DNA of 64,000 nucleotides from Alphaproteobacteria bacterium (GTDB lineage: Bacteria; Pseudomonadota; Alphaproteobacteria; G963923945): the NCBI GenBank assembly GCA_963923945.1, contig OZ000551.1:1752413-1816412 (forward strand), given 5' to 3'. The position numbers and the translations under genes are program-made. Of this stretch, positions 23,099-31,006 are shown in pieces. The notes under the pieces were generated by a model. That model was given only the letters and a program-made list of their open reading frames with translations. It made no database searches and was not told the DNA's origin. Numbering within the stretch: position 1 is the stretch's first letter; each line of letters opens with the position of its first letter.

Positions 23099-24970
23099 AT
23101 GATGCGGCGCGAACATACCCGCCATAAGTTACTCACCCGACGCACCATCTTACTCGGTGGCGGCCAGCTTTTGCTGGCGGCTGGTTTGGTGGGGCGGATG
23201 TATCAATTACAAATTCTACAAGCGGATCGTTACGCAGTTTTATCGGATAAAAATCGGGTGAGCCTGCGCCTCATTCCGCCGTCTCGGGGGCGTATTTTGG
23301 ATCGATACGGCAGTTTGATTGCTGAGAATATCTTTGATTATCAGGTGGTTCTTGTTCCCGAACAGACCCCGGATATTGACGAAACGCTGCATCGGTTGGA
23401 AAAAATTTTATCGCTAAGCGCGCGTGAGCGCCAGCGTATTATGCGCGATATACAGCGTAAGCGTGATTTTGTTCCGGTGGTTTTGAAAGAAAATTTGACT
23501 TGGCAAGAAGTGGCACGTATCGAAGTCAATACCCAGGATCTTCCCGGTATTTCGATTGATGTCGGTCAAAGCCGCCATTATCCGATTGGCAGAGCGCATT
23601 GCCATGTTGTCGGTTATGTGGCCGCGGTTTCCCAGGAAGATTACGAGAAAGAGCCTCTCTTTGAGTTGCCCGGGTTTCGGGTTGGTAAAAGCGGTATTGA
23701 GAAGCGCTATGATTCAAAATTGCGTGGCCAAGCCGGGACAAGACAAATAGAGGTCAATGCTCTCGGGCGGGTTATTCGTGAGCTCAAACGTGATGAAAGC
23801 CGCCCGGGCGAAGATTTGGTTCTGACCATTGATGATCAACTGCAGTCTTTTGTCTATGAGCGGGTCCATGCTTTGAATGCCGCGGTTGTGGTAATGGATG
23901 TGAATGATGGTCAGGTTTTGGCTTTGGTTTCGACCCCTGGCTTTGATCCCAATGAATTCAATCAAGGGCTTGATGTCCAAACATGGTCAAATTTGGCCTC
24001 TGACCCCCGAGCACCTCTGATTAACAAGGTTATTTCCGGTCAATATGCGCCGGGTTCAACCTTCAAGATGATTGTGGCTCTGGCCGCTTTGGAGCGGGGA
24101 ATTATTGATCCCGACCTCAAATTTTTTTGCGACGGTGTTTTACAGCTGGGTGATTCAAAATTTCATTGCTGGCGCGAACATGGTCATGGTGCGGTTGATA
24201 TGGAAGCCGCGTTACGGGAATCTTGTGATGTTTATTTTTATAAGCTGTCTCAGAGGCTGGGGATTGAGCCGATTGCCGATATGGCCCGTCGATTTGGTTT
24301 TGGTGAATCCTCGGGAATTGATCTCCCCGGTGAGCAAGCCGGTTTGGTCCCATCTCCGGAGTGGAAACAAGCGGTTGTTGGTCAGCCTTGGCAAAAAGGT
24401 GAGACTCTTCTGGCATCGATTGGTCAAGGGTATATTTTGGCGACCCCGCTCCAATTAGCGGTTATGACGTCTCGTATGGTGAATGGCGGTCGGCCGGTGG
24501 TTCCTTTCCTTGCTTTTGAACCGGGGAAAAATACAGCACCGACCTCGGTTGATAATCTGAGATCCGTGGGGGTTTCTCAGTCTTCCTTGGATATGATGAA
24601 ACAAGCGATGGATGCGGCGGTCAACCAGCCGACCGGGACCGCCTTTGGGTCACGTATTCATCGCCCCGATTATATGATGGGGGGCAAGACCGGGACATCA
24701 CAAGTCCGTCGGATCAGCGAACGGGAACGCCACCACGGCGTGATTAAAAATGAAAATCTACCATGGATCAAACGTGATCATGCCCTGTTTGTTGGTTATG
24801 CGCCCCTGGATAAGCCGCGTTATGCCTGTGCTGTGATTGTTGAGCATGGCGGGAGCGGGGCCAAGGTAGCCGCACCGATTGCCCGTGATATTTTGACCGA
24901 GGTTCAAAAACGCGCATCAGAGCATCCATCGGTTGGGCGGTCCATAGGGGTGCCTTCGCGTGCTGGATGA
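23099..24970 (+). CDS. mrdA: penicillin-binding protein 2 (peptidoglycan D,D-transpeptidase)
   Basis: STFK active site (GSTFKMIVALAALE), SxN and KTG(T) motifs (GGKTGTSQV). Confidence 0.9.
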   Translation: MMRREHTRHKLLTRRTILLGGGQLLLAAGLVGRMYQLQILQADRYAVLSDKNRVSLRLIPPSRGRILDRYGSLIAENIFDYQVVLVPEQTPDIDETLHRLEKILSLSARERQRIMRDIQRKRDFVPVVLKENLTWQEVARIEVNTQDLPGISIDVGQSRHYPIGRAHCHVVGYVAAVSQEDYEKEPLFELPGFRVGKSGIEKRYDSKLRGQAGTRQIEVNALGRVIRELKRDESRPGEDLVLTIDDQLQSFVYERVHALNAAVVVMDVNDGQVLALVSTPGFDPNEFNQGLDVQTWSNLASDPRAPLINKVISGQYAPGSTFKMIVALAALERGIIDPDLKFFCDGVLQLGDSKFHCWREHGHGAVDMEAALRESCDVYFYKLSQRLGIEPIADMARRFGFGESSGIDLPGEQAGLVPSPEWKQAVVGQPWQKGETLLASIGQGYILATPLQLAVMTSRMVNGGRPVVPFLAFEPGKNTAPTSVDNLRSVGVSQSSLDMMKQAMDAAVNQPTGTAFGSRIHRPDYMMGGKTGTSQVRRISERERHHGVIKNENLPWIKRDHALFVGYAPLDKPRYACAVIVEHGGSGAKVAAPIARDILTEVQKRASEHPSVGRSIGVPSRAG

Positions 24971-26099
24971 TTCTGTTCGTATGAGCCTGCGTGAGAAGCT
25001 CTCCAATTTTAGCTTCTCTATGCTTTTCTTTATGACTTTGGCGGCTTGCTTCGGTTTTTTGATGTTGTATTCAGCTGCTGACGCCAGCCTTGATCCCTGG
25101 GCGTCACGGCAGATCATCCGTTTTATCATTGGTCTGGTTTTTCTGGGTTTTATTGCCTTGATTGATCTGCGGGTATGGCTGCATTACGCCTATATTATTT
25201 ATGGTTTGGTGTTGCTTTTGTTGGTTGCGGTTGAGATTGTCGGTCATGTCGGTATGGGTGCCCAACGCTGGATTGATCTTGGTTTGTTTAATCTCCAGCC
25301 ATCAGAACTGATGAAGGTGGCGCTGGTTTTGGCTTTGGCGCGCTATTTTAATAGTCTGGGTGATGAAGATATATCCTCTTTTTCCAGGCTTTTTATGCCA
25401 ATCATGATGATTATGGCACCGGTTATTTTGGTGCTGCTTCAGCCCGATTTGGGGACCGCTTTACTGATTTTATTTGGTGGGGCAGCGATGTTTTTTATTG
25501 CCGGGGTGCGTGGCTGGGTTTTTGGTGTTGCTGCTGCTGTGGCTTTGGCCATTTTGCCATTGGCGTGGTCTTTTTTGCATGAATATCAAAAACAAAGGGT
25601 TCTGGTTTTTTTCAACCCCGACATTGATCCTTTGGGGGCGGGTTATCATATTACCCAATCAAAGATTGCCTTGGGATCTGGTGGCCTATTTGGCAAAGGA
25701 TTTCTTCAAGGGACCCAATCCCATCTTGATTTTTTACCGGAAAAGCAAACCGACTTTATTTTCACCATGTTGGCTGAGGAGTGGGGGTTTATGGGGGGGG
25801 TTGCTTTGTTGATGGTCTATTTGGTGATCACCGGTTATGGTTTTGCCATTGCTTTGCGCTCGCGCAATGTTTTCGGGCGTTTGTTGGCGATTGGTTTGAC
25901 CACGACATTTTTCTTTTATTACGCTTTTAATATGGCGATGGTCATGGGTTTGGTCCCGGTGGTCGGTTTACCGTTGCCGCTGGTCTCTTATGGCGGCACG
26001 ACAATGATTGTTTTGATGATGTCTTTTGGCTTGATCATGTGTGTTTTTGTGCATCGTGATCTGCGTATTGATCGTCGGGTATTGAATGCCGAAGACTGA
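24960..26099 (+). CDS. rodA: SEDS peptidoglycan glycosyltransferase RodA
   Basis: 10-TM SEDS family; overlaps the mrdA stop. Confidence 0.9.
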   Translation: MLDDSVRMSLREKLSNFSFSMLFFMTLAACFGFLMLYSAADASLDPWASRQIIRFIIGLVFLGFIALIDLRVWLHYAYIIYGLVLLLLVAVEIVGHVGMGAQRWIDLGLFNLQPSELMKVALVLALARYFNSLGDEDISSFSRLFMPIMMIMAPVILVLLQPDLGTALLILFGGAAMFFIAGVRGWVFGVAAAVALAILPLAWSFLHEYQKQRVLVFFNPDIDPLGAGYHITQSKIALGSGGLFGKGFLQGTQSHLDFLPEKQTDFIFTMLAEEWGFMGGVALLMVYLVITGYGFAIALRSRNVFGRLLAIGLTTTFFFYYAFNMAMVMGLVPVVGLPLPLVSYGGTTMIVLMMSFGLIMCVFVHRDLRIDRRVLNAED

Positions 26100-26245
26100 T
26101 GGCGGTTTGGGCTGATTTTGGTTCGGGTTTCTGGTTTAGGTTTCTGATTTAGATTTTTGGTCTAAAAGAAGCCGCGTGTGGCGGTCCTCTCGACAGGGTC
26201 ACCGGCCGATGTTAGAAATACTGTTCCGGCTTGATTATGGTTTAT

Positions 26246-26321
26246 GGGCGCATAGCTCAGTTGGTAGAGCAGCTGACTCTTAATCAGCTTGTCCGGGGTT
26301 CGAGTCCCCGTGCGCCCTCCA
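26246..26321 (+). tRNA. tRNA-Lys (anticodon CTT)
   Basis: GGGCGCATAGCTCAGTTGGTAGAGCAGCTGACTCTTAATCAGCTTGTCCGGGGTTCGAGTCCCCGTGCGCCCTCCA folds as a cloverleaf; anticodon stem GCTGA/TCAGC with loop CTCTTAA; the CCA end is encoded. Confidence 0.9.
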
Positions 26322-26324
26322 TAT
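26311..26324 (+). repeat. att-like direct repeat, left copy (the tRNA-Lys 3' end)
   Basis: tgcgccctccatat. Confidence 0.4.
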
Positions 26325-26519
26325 CGCAAAATTATTGTTATATATCAATAAATTATTTCTTGCAGCATGTATGTATGTAGCGGGCGGGTTCGTTTTGCAT
26401 CGTTTTTTTGTGGATCACGTTTGTCGCCCTATGGGTGGCAAGGGTGTCAAGAGCTTCTGTTGCCAGGCCTTTTCTAAGGCCTTGATGATCGCTTGATTGG
26501 TTATGAAGGAGGTTTTTTC

Positions 26520-26993
26520 ATGAATCTTTACTCCAGCTTAACAAAAGAGGAAAAGAAAGAGGCCTTAAAAAGGCATCGTGCCTGGTTTCAGGAATGGCAT
26601 TCTCTAAATGAAATCGATAATTATTGGGAATCAAATGGCTGCCAATGCTTAATCTTTGAACCCGGCGGGTCTTTACGTGAAGCATGGGGCTTAAAAGAGT
26701 TTATGCATATATCTAAGGCTGGTAAGGGACGGCTGATCAAGGCTGATAGACCCAACTTTGAAACCGACATATCGGAAATTTGGGAGTTTACGGAAGTCCT
26801 GGATGGTGACCGAAAACGCAACGCTGAACACAAGGAAGCATTGGCTTGGTATCAATCTGGAAAAAGGGGGTCATTTATCAAGGAAGATGATCATGAAGAT
26901 CTGGAGCGTTCGGTTCAAAACGTGCCCAAACGTCTCAAAAAATGTGCAGAGAAAAAGTCCAGAAGTCATATCCCGAGGGCACAAAGCTTTTAA
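26520..26993 (+). CDS. hypothetical protein (islet cargo); possibly continues in another frame to 27214
   Basis: ATG at 26520 preceded by AGGAGG (26507-26512); no recognisable domain; the overlapping +1-frame ORF 26942-27214 could join through the A6 run at 26936-26941. Confidence 0.4.
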   Translation: MNLYSSLTKEEKKEALKRHRAWFQEWHSLNEIDNYWESNGCQCLIFEPGGSLREAWGLKEFMHISKAGKGRLIKADRPNFETDISEIWEFTEVLDGDRKRNAEHKEALAWYQSGKRGSFIKEDDHEDLERSVQNVPKRLKKCAEKKSRSHIPRAQSF

Positions 26994-27384
26994 TTTATCT
27001 TGATGTCATTGGCGGATATTCGGACCGCGCGCGAGAAATTCTGCCATGCTTTGTCCCATCCACGCAACCGGCCAAAGATGCGTTTGCAGAAATATGCATC
27101 CTTTGGGGTGAGGATATCTATCCATTATGGAAGGATGGTATGCCTCACCCAGAAAGAGGTAACTGGATTGAGCGCGACAGTGACGATGACTTAAAAAGAG
27201 ATGAATCAGGATAGGACCAACATTCAGTCGGATTGAGGCGAGATATGTAGGGGGTGTCAATGGGGCAAAATGGCCTACAGGTCAGTTATAATGGAATAAA
27301 AACCTCGCCGGGGTTGCGTTCAGTTTGGCGACCGGTGACGCCGGTTCCGGCGTAGGCTTTAAGATTAACGTCAATCAATCTTGT

Positions 27385-27414
27385 TTGCAGGGGTGTTCCG
27401 ATTTGGGTTATACT
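27385..27414 (+). promoter_or_regulatory. sigma70-like promoter candidate (TTGCAG-N17/18-TATACT)
   Basis: ttgcag at 27385-27390 and tatact at 27409-27414, about 15 nt upstream of the GAGGAG RBS and the ATG at 27429. Confidence 0.35.
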
Positions 27415-27428
27415 GGCCCGAAGAGGAG

Positions 27429-27620
27429 ATGGTGATGACCGAACAAGAACAAAAAGAGTGGGATTTGAAGCTGCGCGAGATTGATGCCCAGATCGCCAAT
27501 TTGAATGCCGCAACCGATAAATTGATCACCGAAAATCGTTGGTATGTTCCAGCCGTCAGTGCTGGCATTGCTTCGGGGGCCACCCTGGCGATTGTGGCCA
27601 TCGTCAAGCTGTTTCTCTAA
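27429..27620 (+). CDS. small tail-anchored membrane protein (coiled coil plus C-terminal TM)
   Basis: MVMTEQEQKEWDLKLREIDAQIANLNAATDKL... then AVSAGIASGATLAIVAIVKLFL; RBS and promoter-like hexamers upstream. Confidence 0.4.
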   Translation: MVMTEQEQKEWDLKLREIDAQIANLNAATDKLITENRWYVPAVSAGIASGATLAIVAIVKLFL

Positions 27621-27634
27621 ACCGCCGCCTTTAG

Positions 27635-28030
27635 GTGTCGCTTTACCCATTATTATCTGATCTCCCGGCCATGTTGACTCGGTTTCTGATTGCGGTTTTG
27701 GTCGTTCTGTGTCTGAGCGTGACTCCGGTACGGGCAGATCGGATTGATGGCAACTGGCTCCATCAAGTCTGTCATGATGGAAACGACCCACAGGCTCCTA
27801 CCGCATGCTCATCTTATATTACTGGGCTGTCAGACGCCTCTCATCCGGCAATCGCCACCAACCTGTTGGGTTTAACCGGCTACTGCCGACCAGAAGGGGT
27901 GACCAGGGGACAAATTATGGACATTGTCAAAAAATATCTTGCCGGCCATCCTGAAGAACGCCACCTCCCGGCGGTGGTGCTCTATTATCATGCCATCATT
28001 GAAGCTTTCCCCTGCACCACGGGTAATTGA
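27635..28030 (+). CDS. secreted cysteine-containing protein resembling the Rap1a/Tai4 (T6SS amidase immunity) family (tentative)
   Basis: Signal peptide; the pattern C..Y.TG..D.......GYC.PEGVTRGQ....VKKYL..HPEERH....VV....A....FPC recalls the Rap1a immunity fold; 15 nt downstream of the preceding small gene. Confidence 0.35.
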   Translation: MSLYPLLSDLPAMLTRFLIAVLVVLCLSVTPVRADRIDGNWLHQVCHDGNDPQAPTACSSYITGLSDASHPAIATNLLGLTGYCRPEGVTRGQIMDIVKKYLAGHPEERHLPAVVLYYHAIIEAFPCTTGN

Positions 28031-28314
28031 TAACCGGGTGGGTTGGTCCTGAAGTCGGTCCCACTGTACCCATCAATCGACCATCATTGACTGCATCCTC
28101 GTTGAGTCAACACGCGACCAGCCGCCTTTAATATGGGCAGGCGTGATCTTTGGCTTTGGGGCCAGCGGATCCCGACCAATCATCTGTTTGAACGAGTCTT
28201 CGCCATGCTGGGCTTGCAGAGTTTCGAGAAAATGAACAGCGTCATACGGGAACAATGACGCATAAAGGGAAGTGTATTTTGGTCAATGATTCCGGAAACG
28301 ACCAACTCCCTCAG

Positions 28315-28506
28315 TCAAAAGGATTTTTTAAGGCCAGCTTGTTTCAGTACGGTGTTTGCTAAATGCCGCGATTTGATTGTTGAATCAACAGTAAAGACCA
28401 CCCCCTCTTTGGTGACCTAAATTTCGTGATCCCCGCGCCCTTGACGCTTGCGGTAGCAACCATCTTTTTTGAGCAATCTTTTAAGTTCTCGCGTGTAATC
28501 CGCCAT
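28315..28506 (-). pseudogene. hicA: hicA-family toxin gene inactivated by an in-frame amber codon
   Basis: Reverse-strand reading: ATG at 28506 gives MADYTRELKRLLKKDGCYRKRQGRGDHEI, then TAG at 28417-28419, then VTKEGVVFTVDSTIKSRHLANTVLKQAGLKKSF in the same frame to TGA at 28315. The stop sits where HicA proteins have a conserved aromatic residue (GSHxI[WY]). Confidence 0.6.
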
Positions 28507-28762
28507 TTATTGGTAAAGGAATTGGGCCATTATGAGCAGAGAGTGTCACGACCGGAGATTCGGTCAAGCCTTTCAGCCCGCCATCTTCTATCAAATCTAC
28601 AATAACGATTGGGATTCTTTCAAAGAGCCGATCAAGGCTGGAATCTTCCAAAGCTAAATTGATATCGTTACTGGTCGCAATCCATACTTTTGCTTCTGGG
28701 TCAAAAGAGCAAGAAACAGAAATATCAACTTTTCCATGATTGGGCATCATTTTTCTCCCCAA
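28481..28762 (-). CDS. hicB: HicB-like antitoxin (DUF1902/UPF0150-type)
   Basis: ...VDISVSCSFDPEAKVWIATSNDINLALEDSSLDRLFERIPIVIVDLIE... matches the DUF1902 pattern; its 3' end overlaps the hicA start by 26 nt. Confidence 0.55.
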   Translation of the reverse strand: MGRKMMPNHGKVDISVSCSFDPEAKVWIATSNDINLALEDSSLDRLFERIPIVIVDLIEDGGLKGLTESPVVTLSAHNGPIPLPINGGLHART

Positions 28763-28911
28763 AAAAACACCCCCACATTTACTTTATTGAGCAATTTTAT
28801 CGTAACTTATTAATATTATTAGCGTCAAATTGCGGCCGCATGGAGCAGTTTTTCAGCGGGACATTTTTTCATTGATTGTGTTGAATAAATTGGCTTGTTT
28901 GGCAGGCCCAA

Positions 28912-28925
28912 TGCGCCCGCCATAT
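28912..28925 (+). repeat. att-like direct repeat, right copy (13/14 identical to the tRNA-Lys 3' end)
   Basis: tgcgcccgccatat, about 35 bp before tRNA-Glu. Confidence 0.4.
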
Positions 28926-28959
28926 TTCCACGATCATGGGGAAAATAGAAACAAAAACA

Positions 28960-29037
28960 TGGTGACCCCAGCGGGATTCGAACCCGCGTTGCCAGAATGA
29001 AAATCTGGTGTCCTAGACCTGACTAGACGATGGGGTC
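28960..29037 (-). tRNA. tRNA-Glu (anticodon TTC)
   Basis: The reverse complement GACCCCATCGTCTAGTCAGGTCTAGGACACCAGATTTTCATTCTGGCAACGCGGGTTCGAATCCCGCTGGGGTCACCA has anticodon loop TTTTCAT and is close to E. coli tRNA-Glu. Confidence 0.85.
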
Positions 29038-29457
29038 ATCGGTGTTTTCGCATGTCCATATAACAAAATAAGATCAAACGAAACCATGTGAAGTCTTATT
29101 TCACATTTTTTATGATTTTCACATTTTTTGCGACTCGGTAAAAATCATATGCTCTCTACTGCTGCATCAAATGTTCAATAATACAAGATAAAGCAGGGGA
29201 CAAGTCCCCTCAACTCTGAATCATTTTTCCTGGCATGTGTTGCCTGAAAAGCGGTGCTTTGGGTTCGACCGAAAGGGTCACCCGTCTGGCCACGGCCTCT
29301 TATTTGCGGCACTGTTGGCTGTATTGGTGTCGATTGCTGGGTGTATATACAGATATCGTGAATCATATTAAAACACCTGTACCCAACTTGGTTTATTGTT
29401 TTTATTGCCGTACTCCTGTAGCAAAGAGACAGGTCTTTTGATCCAGGGATTGATGAG

Positions 29458-30954
29458 ATGCGGGAAATTGGACATTTCATCGGCGGTCACCATGTTCCTG
29501 GCAATGGCGCACGCCGGGGTGATGTTTTCCAGCCGATGGATGGGACAATATCCGCCAAGGTCGCTTTTGCTGATTCTGGAGACGTCGATCGGGCGGTTGA
29601 AACGGCCCGCTTGGCCCAGCCTGGTTGGGCGGCGGTCAATCCCCAACGTCGGGCCGAGATATTCATGCGCTTTTTACAACTTGCTGAGCGTGATGATGAG
29701 GAATTATCCCGATTGATTGCCTATGAAAATGGCAAAACCATACCCGATGCCCGGGGTGATCTTCAACGTGGCCTTGACGTGGTCGCGTTCTGTTTGGCGA
29801 CACCGCATATGATGAAGGGGGAATACAGCCAAGGGGCTGGCAAGGGGATTGATGTTTATGCCATGCGTCAGCCGCTGGGTGTCGTGGCGGGTATTACCCC
29901 GTTCAACTTTCCGGCGATGATTCCGTTGTGGAAGATTGCCCCGGCTTTGGCCTGTGGCAATGCCTGCCTCTTAAAACCATCCGAGCGCGCACCTGGCGCG
30001 TCAATGCGTATTGTTGAACTGTTCCATGAAGCGGGTCTGCCAGAAGGTGTTCTCAATCTGGTCAATGGCGATAAGGAAACCGTGGATGCCATTCTTGACC
30101 ATCCCGATATCGCGGCGGTTGGCTTTGTCGGTTCAACAGCGGTCGCTGAATATATTTATGGACGCGGATGCGCCAATGGCAAACGGATGCAATGTTTCGG
30201 TGGGGCCAAAAATCACCTGATTATTATGCCCGATGCCAATATGGATCATTGTGTTGATGGGTTGATCGGGGCTGGATATGGTTCGGCCGGTCAACGTTGT
30301 ATGGCGATTTCGGTGGTTGTCCCGGTTGGTGAGGAGACGGCTAAGGCACTGGTTGAGAAGCTGGTTCCACGGGTCGAAAATCTCAAAATTGGGCCTTCAA
30401 CCGATGAAAACGCCGATTTTGGACCGCTGGTGACCCGAGACCATGTCGAAAAAATACGCGGCTATATCGATCTTGGATTGACCGAGGGAGCCACTTTGGC
30501 GGTGGATGGGCGCGACTTTAGAATGCAAGGTTATGAGGATGGCTTTTATATGGGGGGCTGTCTGTTTGATCATGTGACGCCGGATATGCGGATTTATAAA
30601 GAGGAAATTTTTGGGCCGGTATTATCGGTGGTTCGCGCTGGTTCCTATGAGAATGCCCTGGCTTTGGTTAATGGGCATCAGTATGGAAACGGGGCGGCCA
30701 TTTTCACCCGCAACGGCAATACAGCCCGGGATTTTACCACCCGCGTTCAGGCCGGTATGGTGGGGATCAATGTCCCGATCCCGGTTCCGGTGGCTTATTA
30801 TACATTTGGCGGGTGGAAGGCTTCGGCGTTTGGCGACCTCAACCAATATGGCAGCGATGGATTCCGTTTCTACAGCAAAACCAAGACGGTCACCGCGCGT
30901 TGGAGTGAGGATGTTTTTGACCGAGCGGATTTCACCATGCCAGTGATGGACTGA
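29458..30954 (+). CDS. mmsA: CoA-acylating methylmalonate-semialdehyde dehydrogenase
   Basis: ALDH family with an MmsA-like N-terminus (MREIGHFIGGHHVPG..., ...ITPFNFPAMIPLWKIAPALACGNACLLKPSERAP). Confidence 0.8.
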   Translation: MREIGHFIGGHHVPGNGARRGDVFQPMDGTISAKVAFADSGDVDRAVETARLAQPGWAAVNPQRRAEIFMRFLQLAERDDEELSRLIAYENGKTIPDARGDLQRGLDVVAFCLATPHMMKGEYSQGAGKGIDVYAMRQPLGVVAGITPFNFPAMIPLWKIAPALACGNACLLKPSERAPGASMRIVELFHEAGLPEGVLNLVNGDKETVDAILDHPDIAAVGFVGSTAVAEYIYGRGCANGKRMQCFGGAKNHLIIMPDANMDHCVDGLIGAGYGSAGQRCMAISVVVPVGEETAKALVEKLVPRVENLKIGPSTDENADFGPLVTRDHVEKIRGYIDLGLTEGATLAVDGRDFRMQGYEDGFYMGGCLFDHVTPDMRIYKEEIFGPVLSVVRAGSYENALALVNGHQYGNGAAIFTRNGNTARDFTTRVQAGMVGINVPIPVPVAYYTFGGWKASAFGDLNQYGSDGFRFYSKTKTVTARWSEDVFDRADFTMPVMD

Positions 30955-31006
30955 TGATGGATTGAGAGTCATTGCTGGCGGTGGTCGGCCATTGATGGCT
31001 GGATCG

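Larger units (their letters stand above)
26322..28926. mobile_element. degraded tRNA-Lys-associated genomic islet (no integrase retained)
   Basis: Lower GC than the flanks. Bounded on the left by the tRNA-Lys 3' end (tgcgccctccatat, 26311-26324) and on the right by an imperfect copy (tgcgcccgccatat, 28912-28925). Cargo is small hypothetical genes plus a hicBA module with a dead toxin. Confidence 0.4.

Noticed and set aside
28073-28255. 60-aa minus-strand ORF downstream of hicA
   Set aside because: It has no RBS, motif or family resemblance and lies in the tail of the islet, so it is probably non-coding.
26322-28926. Active integrative element, prophage or ICE
   Set aside because: No integrase, recombinase, transposase, relaxase or phage structural gene is recognisable in the islet, only an att-like repeat and cargo. 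It is called a degraded remnant rather than a live mobile element.
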